64,000 nt of DNA from a virus. The stretch covers positions 32,001 through 96,000 of IMG/VR virus record IMGVR_UViG_3300017987_000006. One strand, given 5' to 3'. The first letter of the stretch is position 1; each line of letters begins with the position of its first letter. Of the stretch, positions 1 to 8,611 are shown in pieces. The position numbers and the translations under genes are program-made. Under the pieces are notes generated by a model. The model worked only from the letters and a program-made list of their open reading frames with translations, had not been told where the DNA came from and searched no databases.

Positions 1-102
1 TGCGGGCTTCGTGTTGACTCCCGCTGATGTCAGGCTTCTGGCCCAAAACATCTGCAGTGGGCTCTGGAAAGCAGTGATGGAGCCCTTTGAGGAGGAAGAG
101 GA

Positions 103-936
103 ATGGCCGACGTTAGAGGACTAGGCGATGATGCACCGGCTGGTTGGGTGCTCGAGGAGTACACCACGCCGATGCCGAAGGGCCGCAAGGCGATCTTGGA
201 GGAGGTTGGCAAGATCTTCCTGCTGGGTAAGGTGCAGTCCATTCGTCTCGAGGTGGGAAAACCCATCGCATACACGATGTTCATCAAGGAGGACGAGGCA
301 ACTCAGCGTCGCTTTGAGGAGCAGGCTGGCGGGATGACCGTCGGGGAAGTGGCGCGAAACATCGAGATGATCGAATACGAGGGAGATCTTGGCGAGGCTC
401 GTCTGCACAGCGTGGCCTTGATCAGGATGTTCCTCTCCATTTCCGCCAGGGGTCTTTTTTTAACTCACATCGGCGTAGGCATGGAGAGCCGGTTCTTCGA
501 CTGGATTGACATGGACAAGCTGATGTTCGGCGGCATCGAGAGTTTCGCTGGAGCGCGATTGATCTACGACAAGAACCTACCAGACGATGCGTTGATCCTT
601 TTTGGTGGTCCACACCCAGGCGGCCGGACGGACCAAATCACTTTCGCAGTCAAGTGCCATTTGTTCTCCGAGGAGGACATTGAGGAGGTAACCGATGAGC
701 AAGATCACAAACAAGCTGCTGGAAGCGGGGATCGTCCCGGAGAACGGAGTGAAGCAGATGGAGCAGTGGAGGACGATTCCCCAGGGCTCGTCAAAGAAAA
801 TCGGCGAGTTCAGCCGCGAAAAGGTCGACGCCCTGCGCGAGGACCTCGAGCTGCAGCAGCTCCCTCAGCTTCACGAGACAGTGATGGACGCGGACAAGAT
901 CGTCGAGAAGGGAAGAGTGGTGACGCTTCTACGTGA
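103..936 (+). CDS. hypothetical protein; C-terminal ~80 aa overlap the next gene
   Basis: 277-aa ORF, purine-rich RBS (GAGGAAGAGGA) before ATG; globular-looking N-terminal ~195 aa. Confidence 0.6.
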   Translation: MADVRGLGDDAPAGWVLEEYTTPMPKGRKAILEEVGKIFLLGKVQSIRLEVGKPIAYTMFIKEDEATQRRFEEQAGGMTVGEVARNIEMIEYEGDLGEARLHSVALIRMFLSISARGLFLTHIGVGMESRFFDWIDMDKLMFGGIESFAGARLIYDKNLPDDALILFGGPHPGGRTDQITFAVKCHLFSEEDIEEVTDEQDHKQAAGSGDRPGERSEADGAVEDDSPGLVKENRRVQPRKGRRPARGPRAAAAPSASRDSDGRGQDRREGKSGDAST

Positions 937-1210
937 GCCCTTCAAGGTCGGGGTCCATGTAGGGGTCGATCGTATCGGTCGGTACATCGTTCCCATCCCG
1001 CGCGATCCAGACGACTACAAGGCAGTGGCCCCGCTCATGTCTCCGCTGACCAAGTTGTACGACGGGGCCTTGCCGGAGCCGCGTGATGCGCGGATGATCA
1101 CCGCAGTTTCGGTCTTGTACGAAACGAAAGCTCGGGACGTATCGGTCCCCGCCTATTGGTTTTGCGAGACCGAGGCCGAGGGCGAAGAGAACGTCGTGAG
1201 GTACGGGTGA
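695..1210 (+). CDS. hypothetical protein
   Basis: 171-aa ORF with strong GAGGAGG RBS; TGA overlaps next ATG. Confidence 0.65.
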   Translation: MSKITNKLLEAGIVPENGVKQMEQWRTIPQGSSKKIGEFSREKVDALREDLELQQLPQLHETVMDADKIVEKGRVVTLLREPFKVGVHVGVDRIGRYIVPIPRDPDDYKAVAPLMSPLTKLYDGALPEPRDARMITAVSVLYETKARDVSVPAYWFCETEAEGEENVVRYG

Positions 1211-1581
1211 TGCCCAGGTGCTTCGTGTGCAACAAGAGAACCCCGCCGCCCCAGCTGCGAACCATCGGCTGGAACAACAGGGGCGTACCTGAAGATGAAC
1301 TCGCCTGCCCGACCTGCAGGCGCAAACGACTGACCCATGTGGTCAGCAAACAGGAGGTAACAGTCATGGCCAAGAACGAACAACCCAAGCCGATCTTCAC
1401 GCTCGAGGTCTTCGAGAACGGCAAGGACGACTACCGTGTCGTGATCAACGCCAAGGTAGGCGGTCTACGCCTCGAGGTGGACAAGACCGTGGAAGAGATC
1501 AGGGACTTCTTCACCAAGCGCAAGGAGCGCAGGTTGAAGGGCAAGGACGCTGAAGTTCGCAAGTTGAAGTCTGTGGAGTAG
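1210..1581 (+). CDS. small protein with N-terminal CxxC..CxxC Zn finger; possible second in-frame start at 1366
   Basis: CFVC...CPTC; start coupled to upstream TGA (TGATG); internal CAGGAGG RBS + ATG at 1366. Confidence 0.55.
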   Translation: MPRCFVCNKRTPPPQLRTIGWNNRGVPEDELACPTCRRKRLTHVVSKQEVTVMAKNEQPKPIFTLEVFENGKDDYRVVINAKVGGLRLEVDKTVEEIRDFFTKRKERRLKGKDAEVRKLKSVE

Positions 1582-1584
1582 CCG

Positions 1585-1869
1585 ATGAGCTATCTGGTAT
1601 GTGGTATCTACGACAAACGTCCGGAGGTGTGCCGGCAATATCCGAACCGCTACAGCTACATGCCAGATAGCTGTGGTTACTTCTTCAGCGACAAGCGGGA
1701 GGGGTGTTGCTATCTGGAGTGTCAGGCGGCTTGTTGTATGGAGCCGCGGGAGGGCGGAGAGCCGGGAGGGGCACCTCTGCCCGACATCGCCGGGGGCGAG
1801 CCATGCAAGTATCTCATTTCCGTGGATGAGCCGCCAGAGGGCGCTATAATCGAGAGGCCAGAGGAGTGA
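1585..1869 (+). CDS. YkgJ-like cysteine-cluster (Fe-S/Zn) protein
   Basis: CGIYDKRPEVCRQYP motif plus further Cys clusters. Confidence 0.65.
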   Translation: MSYLVCGIYDKRPEVCRQYPNRYSYMPDSCGYFFSDKREGCCYLECQAACCMEPREGGEPGGAPLPDIAGGEPCKYLISVDEPPEGAIIERPEE

Positions 1870-2510
1870 TGGGACGCAAGCTCAGGAAGTTGTCCGAGGG
1901 TGAAGAAGTTGAGGTTCCTGCTTTCCTGCAGGACGCGCGGGTCGTGGTAGTAGACACTGAGACGACGGGGTTCGACAGTAAGAGGGACAGGATCATTGAG
2001 ATTGGAGCAATTTGGATCAACCGCGGTAGGGTCGTCACCGAGTTCGGTCGCATCTTGAATCCTGGACGAAGGCTGCCGCTGGACATCATGAAGCTGACGG
2101 GGATCACACAGAGCGAGGTGGATGCGGCAGACCCTTTCTGGAAGATCTCCAGTTTCGTGGTAGATCTTCTCGAGGCTCCATCCGTCATTGTGGCGTACAA
2201 CAGTCCATTCGACATGGGTTTTTTGAAGAGCGAGATCGAAAGGGCTGGGCGGGAAGTTCCACGCTTCGGTCCCGTTATCGATCCACTCAAGTGGACGCGG
2301 CACGAAGATCGAGGTAAGAGTTGCAAGCTGGGCGTTGCTGCGGCGAGGCGCGGCATCGAGGTAGAAGGAGCTCACCGGGCGGTGGACGACTGTAGGATCA
2401 CTTTGGCGTTGATGAACACGCTCAAGTTCCCGAGCACCTTGTCTCAGACCATCGAAAATCAGAAGCACTTGAAGACCAACAACTATCGCAGACGCGGTGG
2501 TATAAGGTAG
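1866..2510 (+). CDS. DEDDh 3'-5' exonuclease (DnaQ/Pol III epsilon-like)
   Basis: ExoI VVVDTETTG, IIEIGA, ExoII AYNSPFD, ExoIII HRAVDD. Confidence 0.9.
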   Translation: MMGRKLRKLSEGEEVEVPAFLQDARVVVVDTETTGFDSKRDRIIEIGAIWINRGRVVTEFGRILNPGRRLPLDIMKLTGITQSEVDAADPFWKISSFVVDLLEAPSVIVAYNSPFDMGFLKSEIERAGREVPRFGPVIDPLKWTRHEDRGKSCKLGVAAARRGIEVEGAHRAVDDCRITLALMNTLKFPSTLSQTIENQKHLKTNNYRRRGGIR

Positions 2511-2539
2511 CCAACCGAAACCACTTAGCGGAGGAAGAA

Positions 2540-3364
2540 ATGCCAGGAGTAACTGAAGAGAACATCAAGCACTGGTTAAGGATGGACATACCGAAGGAGC
2601 TGTTGGAGGCGTTGGACGCATCGAGGAAGCTGGGCGGGTCATACATAGAGGACCTGCTCAAGAAGGGGATCTATAGGTTGGAGGAGATGTACGGCGACCA
2701 GGCGGAGCTCAACCTGGACTCGGTGATCGCAGAGGCGATCCAGAGCTTCACGGAGAAGCAGAGGAAGACCTCCGAGAACAGGTCCTCCCTGGACGACGCG
2801 AAGCGGACGACGGAGACGGTGGACAAGCAGGAGGTCGAGGTCGTCGTGAAACACGAGGTGGACGGGGAATCCTTCGAGCGGCGGTACTTGCTTGATCAGG
2901 CTTCCATCAATCAAAACAGGCAGTACAGCAAGGAGTACGACGAAAATGGCAGATGTGCGGACATCGTGCCGGTCGGAAAGCCATACCTCGTGGTGACTGG
3001 TGTAGTGGTCGGGGGGAGTAACTCCCCGGCTAAAGATCTGCAAGTGTGCGCGGACAAGATCAAAGATCTGCAAGTGTACGCGGACAAGATCGCAGACCGG
3101 CTAAGTCTGGAGGTCACGTGGTGCGGAAGGACCATGGCAACGCTGGAGATAGACGAGAGGACACTGGTAGCGGGAGACAAGCCAGTCGACGAGCTCGTCG
3201 CCGGCTTTTGCGATCGAGCGGCGCGGGAGATCAACATACCGAACGTGTCGGCGAAGGACATCCACAGGGAACTCTCGCTCGCTGTCGGATCGCGCTACGA
3301 AGAAATCGCTGCCCAGTCACCGGTAAACGAGTCCCCAGCGTCAGAAAGATCAAGCGAAAGCTAG
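2540..3364 (+). CDS. hypothetical protein
   Basis: 274-aa ORF, GGAGGAAG RBS. Confidence 0.65.
   Translation: MPGVTEENIKHWLRMDIPKELLEALDASRKLGGSYIEDLLKKGIYRLEEMYGDQAELNLDSVIAEAIQSFTEKQRKTSENRSSLDDAKRTTETVDKQEVEVVVKHEVDGESFERRYLLDQASINQNRQYSKEYDENGRCADIVPVGKPYLVVTGVVVGGSNSPAKDLQVCADKIKDLQVYADKIADRLSLEVTWCGRTMATLEIDERTLVAGDKPVDELVAGFCDRAAREINIPNVSAKDIHRELSLAVGSRYEEIAAQSPVNESPASERSSES
3032..3091 (+). repeat. in-frame 30-nt tandem duplication
   Basis: AAAGATCTGCAAGTGT(G/A)CGCGGACAAGATC x2, 29/30 identical; encodes KDLQVCADKI/KDLQVYADKI. Confidence 0.95.
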
Positions 3365-3384
3365 ACGGGAGGATCAAGGTATGG

Positions 3385-3948
3385 ATGGGGTTCCCACGGG
3401 ACTGGCTTCCGGATGTCGCGCAAGTGATCGCAGAGGTTCTGCACGAGAACGCTCTGCGGCGCGGCATACCGGAGACCGTTCGACGATCGGAAATCGTTCT
3501 GGAGGGAAGGAATCCGTTGTTGATGTCCTCGACACACACGACCACCATGAAAGATGGGGCAAAGATCCCTACGTGGCGGGGCAAGAAGTTCGAGGGCAGG
3601 GAGTCGCTGAAACAAGCGATCTCGGACCTGATGGATGGCGTAGATGAAGATGACGGTAGAGGTGCTTTTGGGAATCCAGCTGGAAGATTCCGGTACGATG
3701 CTTTCGCCAAAGAATTTGCGGCCATCGGGGCGGGTGTACGCAACGAAGATGGCGTTCAAGGCGTTGTGCAAGATTCTGCACGAGAAATACGGGATTGGAC
3801 TGGACGTGGTGAGTCAGTCGGCCGAGGCCGCATCATCGATGTGCAGTATGATCGCCAACGGGGACATGGACTGGGAAGAGAACAACCTGATTCGAAAGAA
3901 GCGCGAGATGCTTCGCAGGAGGACAAGGAAAAATGCAAGCCTGGATAG
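3385..3948 (+). CDS. hypothetical protein (start reassigned to MGFPRDW; long overlap with next ORF)
   Basis: GGGAGG upstream of ATG 3385; protein-like N-terminal ~90 aa. Confidence 0.45.
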   Translation: MGFPRDWLPDVAQVIAEVLHENALRRGIPETVRRSEIVLEGRNPLLMSSTHTTTMKDGAKIPTWRGKKFEGRESLKQAISDLMDGVDEDDGRGAFGNPAGRFRYDAFAKEFAAIGAGVRNEDGVQGVVQDSAREIRDWTGRGESVGRGRIIDVQYDRQRGHGLGREQPDSKEARDASQEDKEKCKPG

Positions 3949-3967
3949 AGATGATCAAACAAAATAA
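3644..3967 (+). CDS. hypothetical protein
   Basis: 107-aa ORF with protein-like composition. Confidence 0.5.
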   Translation: MKMTVEVLLGIQLEDSGTMLSPKNLRPSGRVYATKMAFKALCKILHEKYGIGLDVVSQSAEAASSMCSMIANGDMDWEENNLIRKKREMLRRRTRKNASLDRDDQTK

Positions 3968-4598
3968 GGTCACATTCGTCATTGGTGGGCTGATCGTCAT
4001 TCTGGCCATTGGCGGTGTCATCTACGGCATTGCCACGAAGGCCGGGGATGAAGGGTTTCACGCGGCGGCGGACGGGACAGTCCTGAAGTGGGACCGCTCG
4101 GCCCTGCCGCTGACTTGCTTTCACGACACATTCCCCAATGAGGAGCACCAGGCTGCGCTGAAGGAGGCGATCGGGAAGATCTCCAAGGCTGGGATATCGG
4201 CGTTCATGCCGTGCCAGCCTTGGATGGTCTCCGATCCCTTCCCCACAAAGCACGTCAAAAACACGGTCTTGATCAAGGTTGGCGCTCCGCCGGAGCCAGA
4301 ACGAGAAGTGGTGGTCACTTCTCCGTTCGAACCGAAGCACGGGGCGTCCACATTTTTAGCTCATGTCAAGGGAAAAGGGATCTACGGCGCGATCGTTTAT
4401 ATCATGCCAGACCTTGATAAGAAGCTGTACGGTAGGGTCTACCTGCACGAGCTTTTGCACGCCCTGGGCTTGACACACGACCGTGTTCGCGATTCGATTA
4501 TGTATCCGACAGCAGCAGAGAGGGCCACCGACCTGTCCAGTAAGGACACTAAACTACTGCTGAAAACCTACGGAGAGCGGAACGATGAGCCTAGCTGA
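3933..4598 (+). CDS. membrane-anchored matrixin/M10-like zinc metalloprotease
   Basis: N-terminal hydrophobic helix; HELLHALGLTH (HExxHxxGxxH) and SIMYP Met-turn. Confidence 0.85.
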   Translation: MQAWIEMIKQNKVTFVIGGLIVILAIGGVIYGIATKAGDEGFHAAADGTVLKWDRSALPLTCFHDTFPNEEHQAALKEAIGKISKAGISAFMPCQPWMVSDPFPTKHVKNTVLIKVGAPPEPEREVVVTSPFEPKHGASTFLAHVKGKGIYGAIVYIMPDLDKKLYGRVYLHELLHALGLTHDRVRDSIMYPTAAERATDLSSKDTKLLLKTYGERNDEPS

Positions 4599-5058
4599 TC
4601 AAATCTGCAGCACATTCGGCGCATTGAAGGTCAACCCGACGAGTAAACCCGCGGTGATCAAAGCCGTCCAGGGCGATACCAGGCTGCACGTATCTGTGCG
4701 CGTCGATCCAAAGAAGCTGAAGCCGTGGTTGGCCGCGATGGAGTACGTCTTGAAGAACAAGCAGGGGTGGGATGTTCACCTCTGCAAGCAGTACTTCATT
4801 CGAGGCGGCAAGATCATGTACGCCTGGAACTTCATCGCGCAGTGGGCGTCGGAGGACATTTCAGAGCAGGTTCTCACAAACATGCTCGAGGTGCTCAAGT
4901 TCGCCGCGCGCAATATGCCGAAGGTCGTGCACCAGATAACAGAGTATCCGCTGGCTGGGGCTGGAGACGATCGAAACAAGCCCGAGGGGTCCATGAACCC
5001 AAAGGCCAGCGGATACAAGCAGCGTGGGGCACACCCCATCAGGCTGGGAAGGAAGTGA
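4585..5058 (+). CDS. hypothetical protein
   Basis: 157-aa ORF coupled to neighbours. Confidence 0.65.
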   Translation: MSLADQICSTFGALKVNPTSKPAVIKAVQGDTRLHVSVRVDPKKLKPWLAAMEYVLKNKQGWDVHLCKQYFIRGGKIMYAWNFIAQWASEDISEQVLTNMLEVLKFAARNMPKVVHQITEYPLAGAGDDRNKPEGSMNPKASGYKQRGAHPIRLGRK

Positions 5059-5062
5059 TCTA

Positions 5063-5776
5063 ATGACTGAGTTCGGGCCGGAAACCAGTCTTCAGTATCA
5101 GAAGGACCTCTACGACAGGGAGAAGCGTGGAGAGACCATCGAGCCCCTGAGCGGGGAGGAGCTCGAGCGGGTCCAGAAATCGATTGAGGCAATGTCGAAG
5201 CTCCTCGCTGACGACTCGATTATCGCCAAGTACAAGCTCGAGGTTCAGTTCGGGAAGAATCGGACATCCAAGGGCTTCCCCTTCGCCGGTGTCTTGTCTT
5301 GTTGGGTGTCTGGATCTAAGCTTCACGGCGGTGGGGACGAGAAGATGTACGAGTGCCCCAACAAGCAGTGCAGGGCGTGGATTTTGCCATCAGACTTAGG
5401 ACACAGCGTGGTCAAGGACGAGAAAGGGAACCCCAGTGAGGTTCCTGTGGGGTACTGCGGCGGATGCGGATCGGTCTGGCCGGCAGAGCAGTTGATTGGA
5501 GAGCGATTCCTCAAACTGACGGAGCAGCATTGGGCGCAGGCCATTCTGCAGATCTTCGTGCGCCTGGAGATGAATGCCGACATCTACTTGAAGTACAGCC
5601 CAGAGGACGTGCGCTACAAGGCAATGATGGAGATGGCTCGCAATCGCGGTGGAGAAGAAATCGCCAAGGCTCGACGCCTAAGAGGGCTGAATATCTACCC
5701 ACTCCGCAACATCATCAAAGACACGAAGCACGGAGCTCCGTTGTATGGTAGGATCAGAGCCTTCATCAACGCATGA
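5063..5776 (+). CDS. hypothetical protein with Zn-ribbon (CPNKQC...CGGC)
   Basis: start reassigned to ATG 5063; two Cys pairs. Confidence 0.65.
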   Translation: MTEFGPETSLQYQKDLYDREKRGETIEPLSGEELERVQKSIEAMSKLLADDSIIAKYKLEVQFGKNRTSKGFPFAGVLSCWVSGSKLHGGGDEKMYECPNKQCRAWILPSDLGHSVVKDEKGNPSEVPVGYCGGCGSVWPAEQLIGERFLKLTEQHWAQAILQIFVRLEMNADIYLKYSPEDVRYKAMMEMARNRGGEEIAKARRLRGLNIYPLRNIIKDTKHGAPLYGRIRAFINA

Positions 5777-6144
5777 CCGAACCAAAGACCATAGGAGATC
5801 TCCTGGAGTTGTTCGCTCTCACAGAGCAGGAGAACTCCGTGTGGGGTGAGGTGGAGAGATTCCTTGACACATTTATCTCCACCGATACTTACCAGCCGTC
5901 CAAGGGTATAGCCACCGTTGTTGGAGACGGAGTCGTACCTGAGGACACAATCGTCCTCGTACGCGATAAGGTCCAAGATATCAGGACCGTGTTGAGCAGA
6001 GAGATCGAGCGGACCAAAAAGAAACCCATCAGTGCCTCGCCCAAAAAGAAGGCGACGGGCCGGAAAGCACCGAAGCGGAGCAAGCTAAATGTCAAAAAGA
6101 AAAAGCAAACCAAAAAGAAACGCAAAACCTCTGACCGCGCGTAA
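5773..6144 (+). CDS. hypothetical protein with Lys/Arg-rich C-terminal tail
   Basis: ATGA coupling; basic tail. Confidence 0.6.
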   Translation: MTEPKTIGDLLELFALTEQENSVWGEVERFLDTFISTDTYQPSKGIATVVGDGVVPEDTIVLVRDKVQDIRTVLSREIERTKKKPISASPKKKATGRKAPKRSKLNVKKKKQTKKKRKTSDRA

Positions 6145-7171
6145 GAAGGTTCTGCAGAGTAATGTACACCTCCAGCAGACCATCTCGGAAATGGTGAGGG
6201 ATTTCGACGCCCGGCGGAATGAGACCGAGAAGCGCATTTCTGAAAGCAACCAGCAGCTCTGGCGCAACCAGCAGGAGCAGAACGAGGGCCTGCGCATCGC
6301 TGAGAAACACGCAATGATCCAGCGACGTGTCTTCAATGATGCATTGGCTGGGTGCACGCGCGTCACGAGCATCGAGCGGAAGATCCAGGAGGGATCGGAC
6401 GAGGTGGAAGAGGTCCAGGTCATCGACTGGGACTGGTACGCCGAGCAGTTGATCAACAGCGCCGATTATAACGACTTCATCGTTGGCGTCCTGGTTCCGG
6501 AGGAGACCGTGAAGCAGAAGACCGAGCAGCGGTCTCAGCGCGCTCGTGCGCAGGTCCTGCACTACTGTGTCTCCAAGGCCCTGGCCAAGGATGAGGCAAA
6601 GCTCAGAGAGGCGCTGGAGGGGGATGGCCTGGAAGGTCTGCTCAAGGACTTCATGCCCAACGGCGTGGATTGGACGGACGAGATGAGTCTCGAGATGGAG
6701 GACATTGCCAAGGCCGGTCTGATGCTTTGGGAGCAGAAGAAGCAGGAAGCCATCAAACGGGCCAAGAAGGTCAGGATCCACAGCGCCATCGATAAGCTGG
6801 TCAGGGTTATGCCAGACGAGTCCATCAGGAAGACGGCAGATCGCATCGAGGCTGGAGAGCCCATCCTGAAGGATAAGGATGGGAACGAGATCGAGCTGAG
6901 CGATGAAGAGGCCAAGGAGGCCGCCGAATTGATGCGTTCCAAGATCAACGATCCCGAAGCCATCGAGAAGGCCAAGAATGAGCTGATGGAGGAGACGGCC
7001 GCTGTGGCCAAGATAGCCACAGAGGCCCAGGAAGCCATCGCCAAGGGGGACGCTGAGACGGCCGGTAGGAAGATGGCTGAGCTGGAAGAAAAGGTCGAGG
7101 AGGCCGAGGCCAAGGCCCCTGATGACCCAAACAAGCAGTTCCCGGAAGGGGCTTCGATCTTCGGAGGATAA
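6089..7171 (+). CDS. hypothetical coiled-coil-rich protein
   Basis: 360-aa ORF, E/K/A-rich helical composition. Confidence 0.7.
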   Translation: MSKRKSKPKRNAKPLTARKKVLQSNVHLQQTISEMVRDFDARRNETEKRISESNQQLWRNQQEQNEGLRIAEKHAMIQRRVFNDALAGCTRVTSIERKIQEGSDEVEEVQVIDWDWYAEQLINSADYNDFIVGVLVPEETVKQKTEQRSQRARAQVLHYCVSKALAKDEAKLREALEGDGLEGLLKDFMPNGVDWTDEMSLEMEDIAKAGLMLWEQKKQEAIKRAKKVRIHSAIDKLVRVMPDESIRKTADRIEAGEPILKDKDGNEIELSDEEAKEAAELMRSKINDPEAIEKAKNELMEETAAVAKIATEAQEAIAKGDAETAGRKMAELEEKVEEAEAKAPDDPNKQFPEGASIFGG

Positions 7172-7172
7172 C

Positions 7173-7361
7173 ATGCCGCGTATCATCAGGGGGACAGCCG
7201 AGAAGAAGTACAACATCGTCAAGACCCAACATCGTTCAAACATCAACAAGATGCGTTGCCAGGGCTGCAGGTTGGGTTACGCAGAGCGTGTTCAGACGGC
7301 CGGCGGGTGGGTCTATCGTTGCAACCGGTGCGGCCGGGAGTACACTGTAGACAAGCTGTAG
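7173..7361 (+). CDS. small Zn-ribbon protein
   Basis: GGAGGA RBS, ATG 7173; CQGC...CNRC. Confidence 0.7.
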   Translation: MPRIIRGTAEKKYNIVKTQHRSNINKMRCQGCRLGYAERVQTAGGWVYRCNRCGREYTVDKL

Positions 7362-7389
7362 AACTAAAGAGAGGTCGGTCGTCCTCTCT
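7360..7389 (-). terminator. hairpin with U-rich tail on minus strand
   Basis: AGAGAGG(7368-74)/CCTCTCT(7383-89) 7-bp stem; minus strand continues TTAGTTCT; adjacent hairpin AAACCC-gag-GGGTTT 7390-7404. Confidence 0.45.
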
Positions 7390-7473
7390 AAACCCGAGGG
7401 GTTTGGCTGATTGCGGTCTGGTCTTTACGTCACAGAGCACTCAAGTACCCACCTGATTAATCATTTTGTAGCT

Positions 7474-7500
7474 AAGAAAAGACAGCCCGGCCGGGCTGCC
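7474..7500 (-). terminator. intrinsic terminator for leftward transcription, at the distal end of the pentamer array
   Basis: minus strand GGCAGCCC-GGCC-GGGCTGTC followed by TTTTCTT. Confidence 0.7.
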
Positions 7501-7502
7501 TC

Positions 7503-8589
7503 AGGATGGCATGGATTGAGAAGGAGTGTCAGAGCGATCGGGTCTGGATCAGATCGTCGAACTGGTGGGGACCGGACCGCGTTGGGTTGTCGCCACGATC
7601 AGGTCTGGCAGGATATGGACTGTCGAGTTGGTTAGATAAGGGCTGTCGCGCCGTGACGGACTGCGCCGTGCGGAGGGGGGACGTCGACTAGGCGCGAGCG
7701 GGAGTGGTCAGGCATGGTTCGTCTGATCGCGGGGGACCGGGCAGGAGAAGGCTTGTCAGATCGAGAGGGATTGGCCTGTTCCAGCTCGTCGCGAAGGCTT
7801 GGCTTATCAGTTAGGCCCGGCCAGGTCTGTCAGCTGCGTGGTGCGTGAGGGCCGGATCGGGCATGTCGAATCGGATGACGACGAGGTGCGGGTGGGCCAG
7901 TCAGCTTGGGTGGGGTTGAGGAGCGACGGCATGGGATGTCGGCCGGGGCGGGCGTGAACTGGAGCGGGTTGTCGGCTTTGCCAGCACCGGCTCGCAACGG
8001 CTCGTAATGAATCGGACCGTCGAAGTGGATGGGCTAGGAGGGGAGAGGGGAGGCTTGTCAGCACGGGGTGAGGTGGATAGGTCAGGAATGTCGAGCAGTC
8101 TCGGCTGGTTTAGGGTTGGCTTGTCAGGCAGGAGCGGTCCGGTGTAGATCGGATTGTCCAGTCGGTTGGAACAGGCAAGGCATGTCGAGCAGGGAAGGCG
8201 CGGCTGATCTTGGCCCGTCGATTAGGATGGGTAGGGATTGGCTTGTCGGAATGGATCGAATGGGCTTGTCTATGCGGACGGGGACCGAGCGGACCAGGAG
8301 AGGTGAGTCGATCTGAAGTGGATGGGCGCGAACCGGAAGGGTCTGTCGAAAGGTTTGGGATGGGCGGGGACAAGACAGGTGCGTCAGAATGAGGGGGCTC
8401 GAGTGAGAGCGAGTGGGTGAGTCGACCCGGCTTGGTACGCGGTGGTCCGGCATGTCAGCTCGAGAGGAACCGGCTTGGTCTGTCGGACTGGTGTGGTGTG
8501 TATGGGACTGTCTCGTCGGGATCGGGTTGGTTTGATTTGGCGAGGTGTGTCAGGAGGGTCTAAGGTGGGTGGGACCGTGTTGGCTTGTA
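7503..8589. repeat. non-coding punctuated pentamer array: 33 units of (GR-NNN)k + GTC on plus strand (GAC-[NNN-YC]k on minus); candidate guide-RNA array for the adjacent RAMP
   Basis: 33 delimiters (31 GTC, 1 ATC, 1 GTA) from 7528 to 8587; 27 of 32 spacings equal 5k+3 nt; pentamer before the delimiter starts GG in 31/33; no credible ORF. Confidence 0.9.
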
Positions 8590-8611
8590 CGGGATAGTCT
8601 CAGTGTCTTGT

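Noticed and set aside
7411-8453. Short ORFs across the array (7411-7635, 7506-7691, 7807-8064, 8068-8316, 8110-8373, 8124-8453, 8210-8392)
   Set aside because: Low-complexity translations in several frames and both strands without RBS. The 5-nt periodicity is inconsistent with coding.
7503-8589. Canonical CRISPR array
   Set aside because: There is no identical 23-50 nt direct repeat. Conservation is limited to a 2-nt phase and a 3-nt delimiter.
7503-8589. Purely structural G-quadruplex or telomere-like DNA as the sole explanation
   Set aside because: GG-N3 runs could form two-tier G4s. That does not explain the strict 5k+3 delimiter spacing or the coupling to a RAMP gene and terminator. Not fully excluded.
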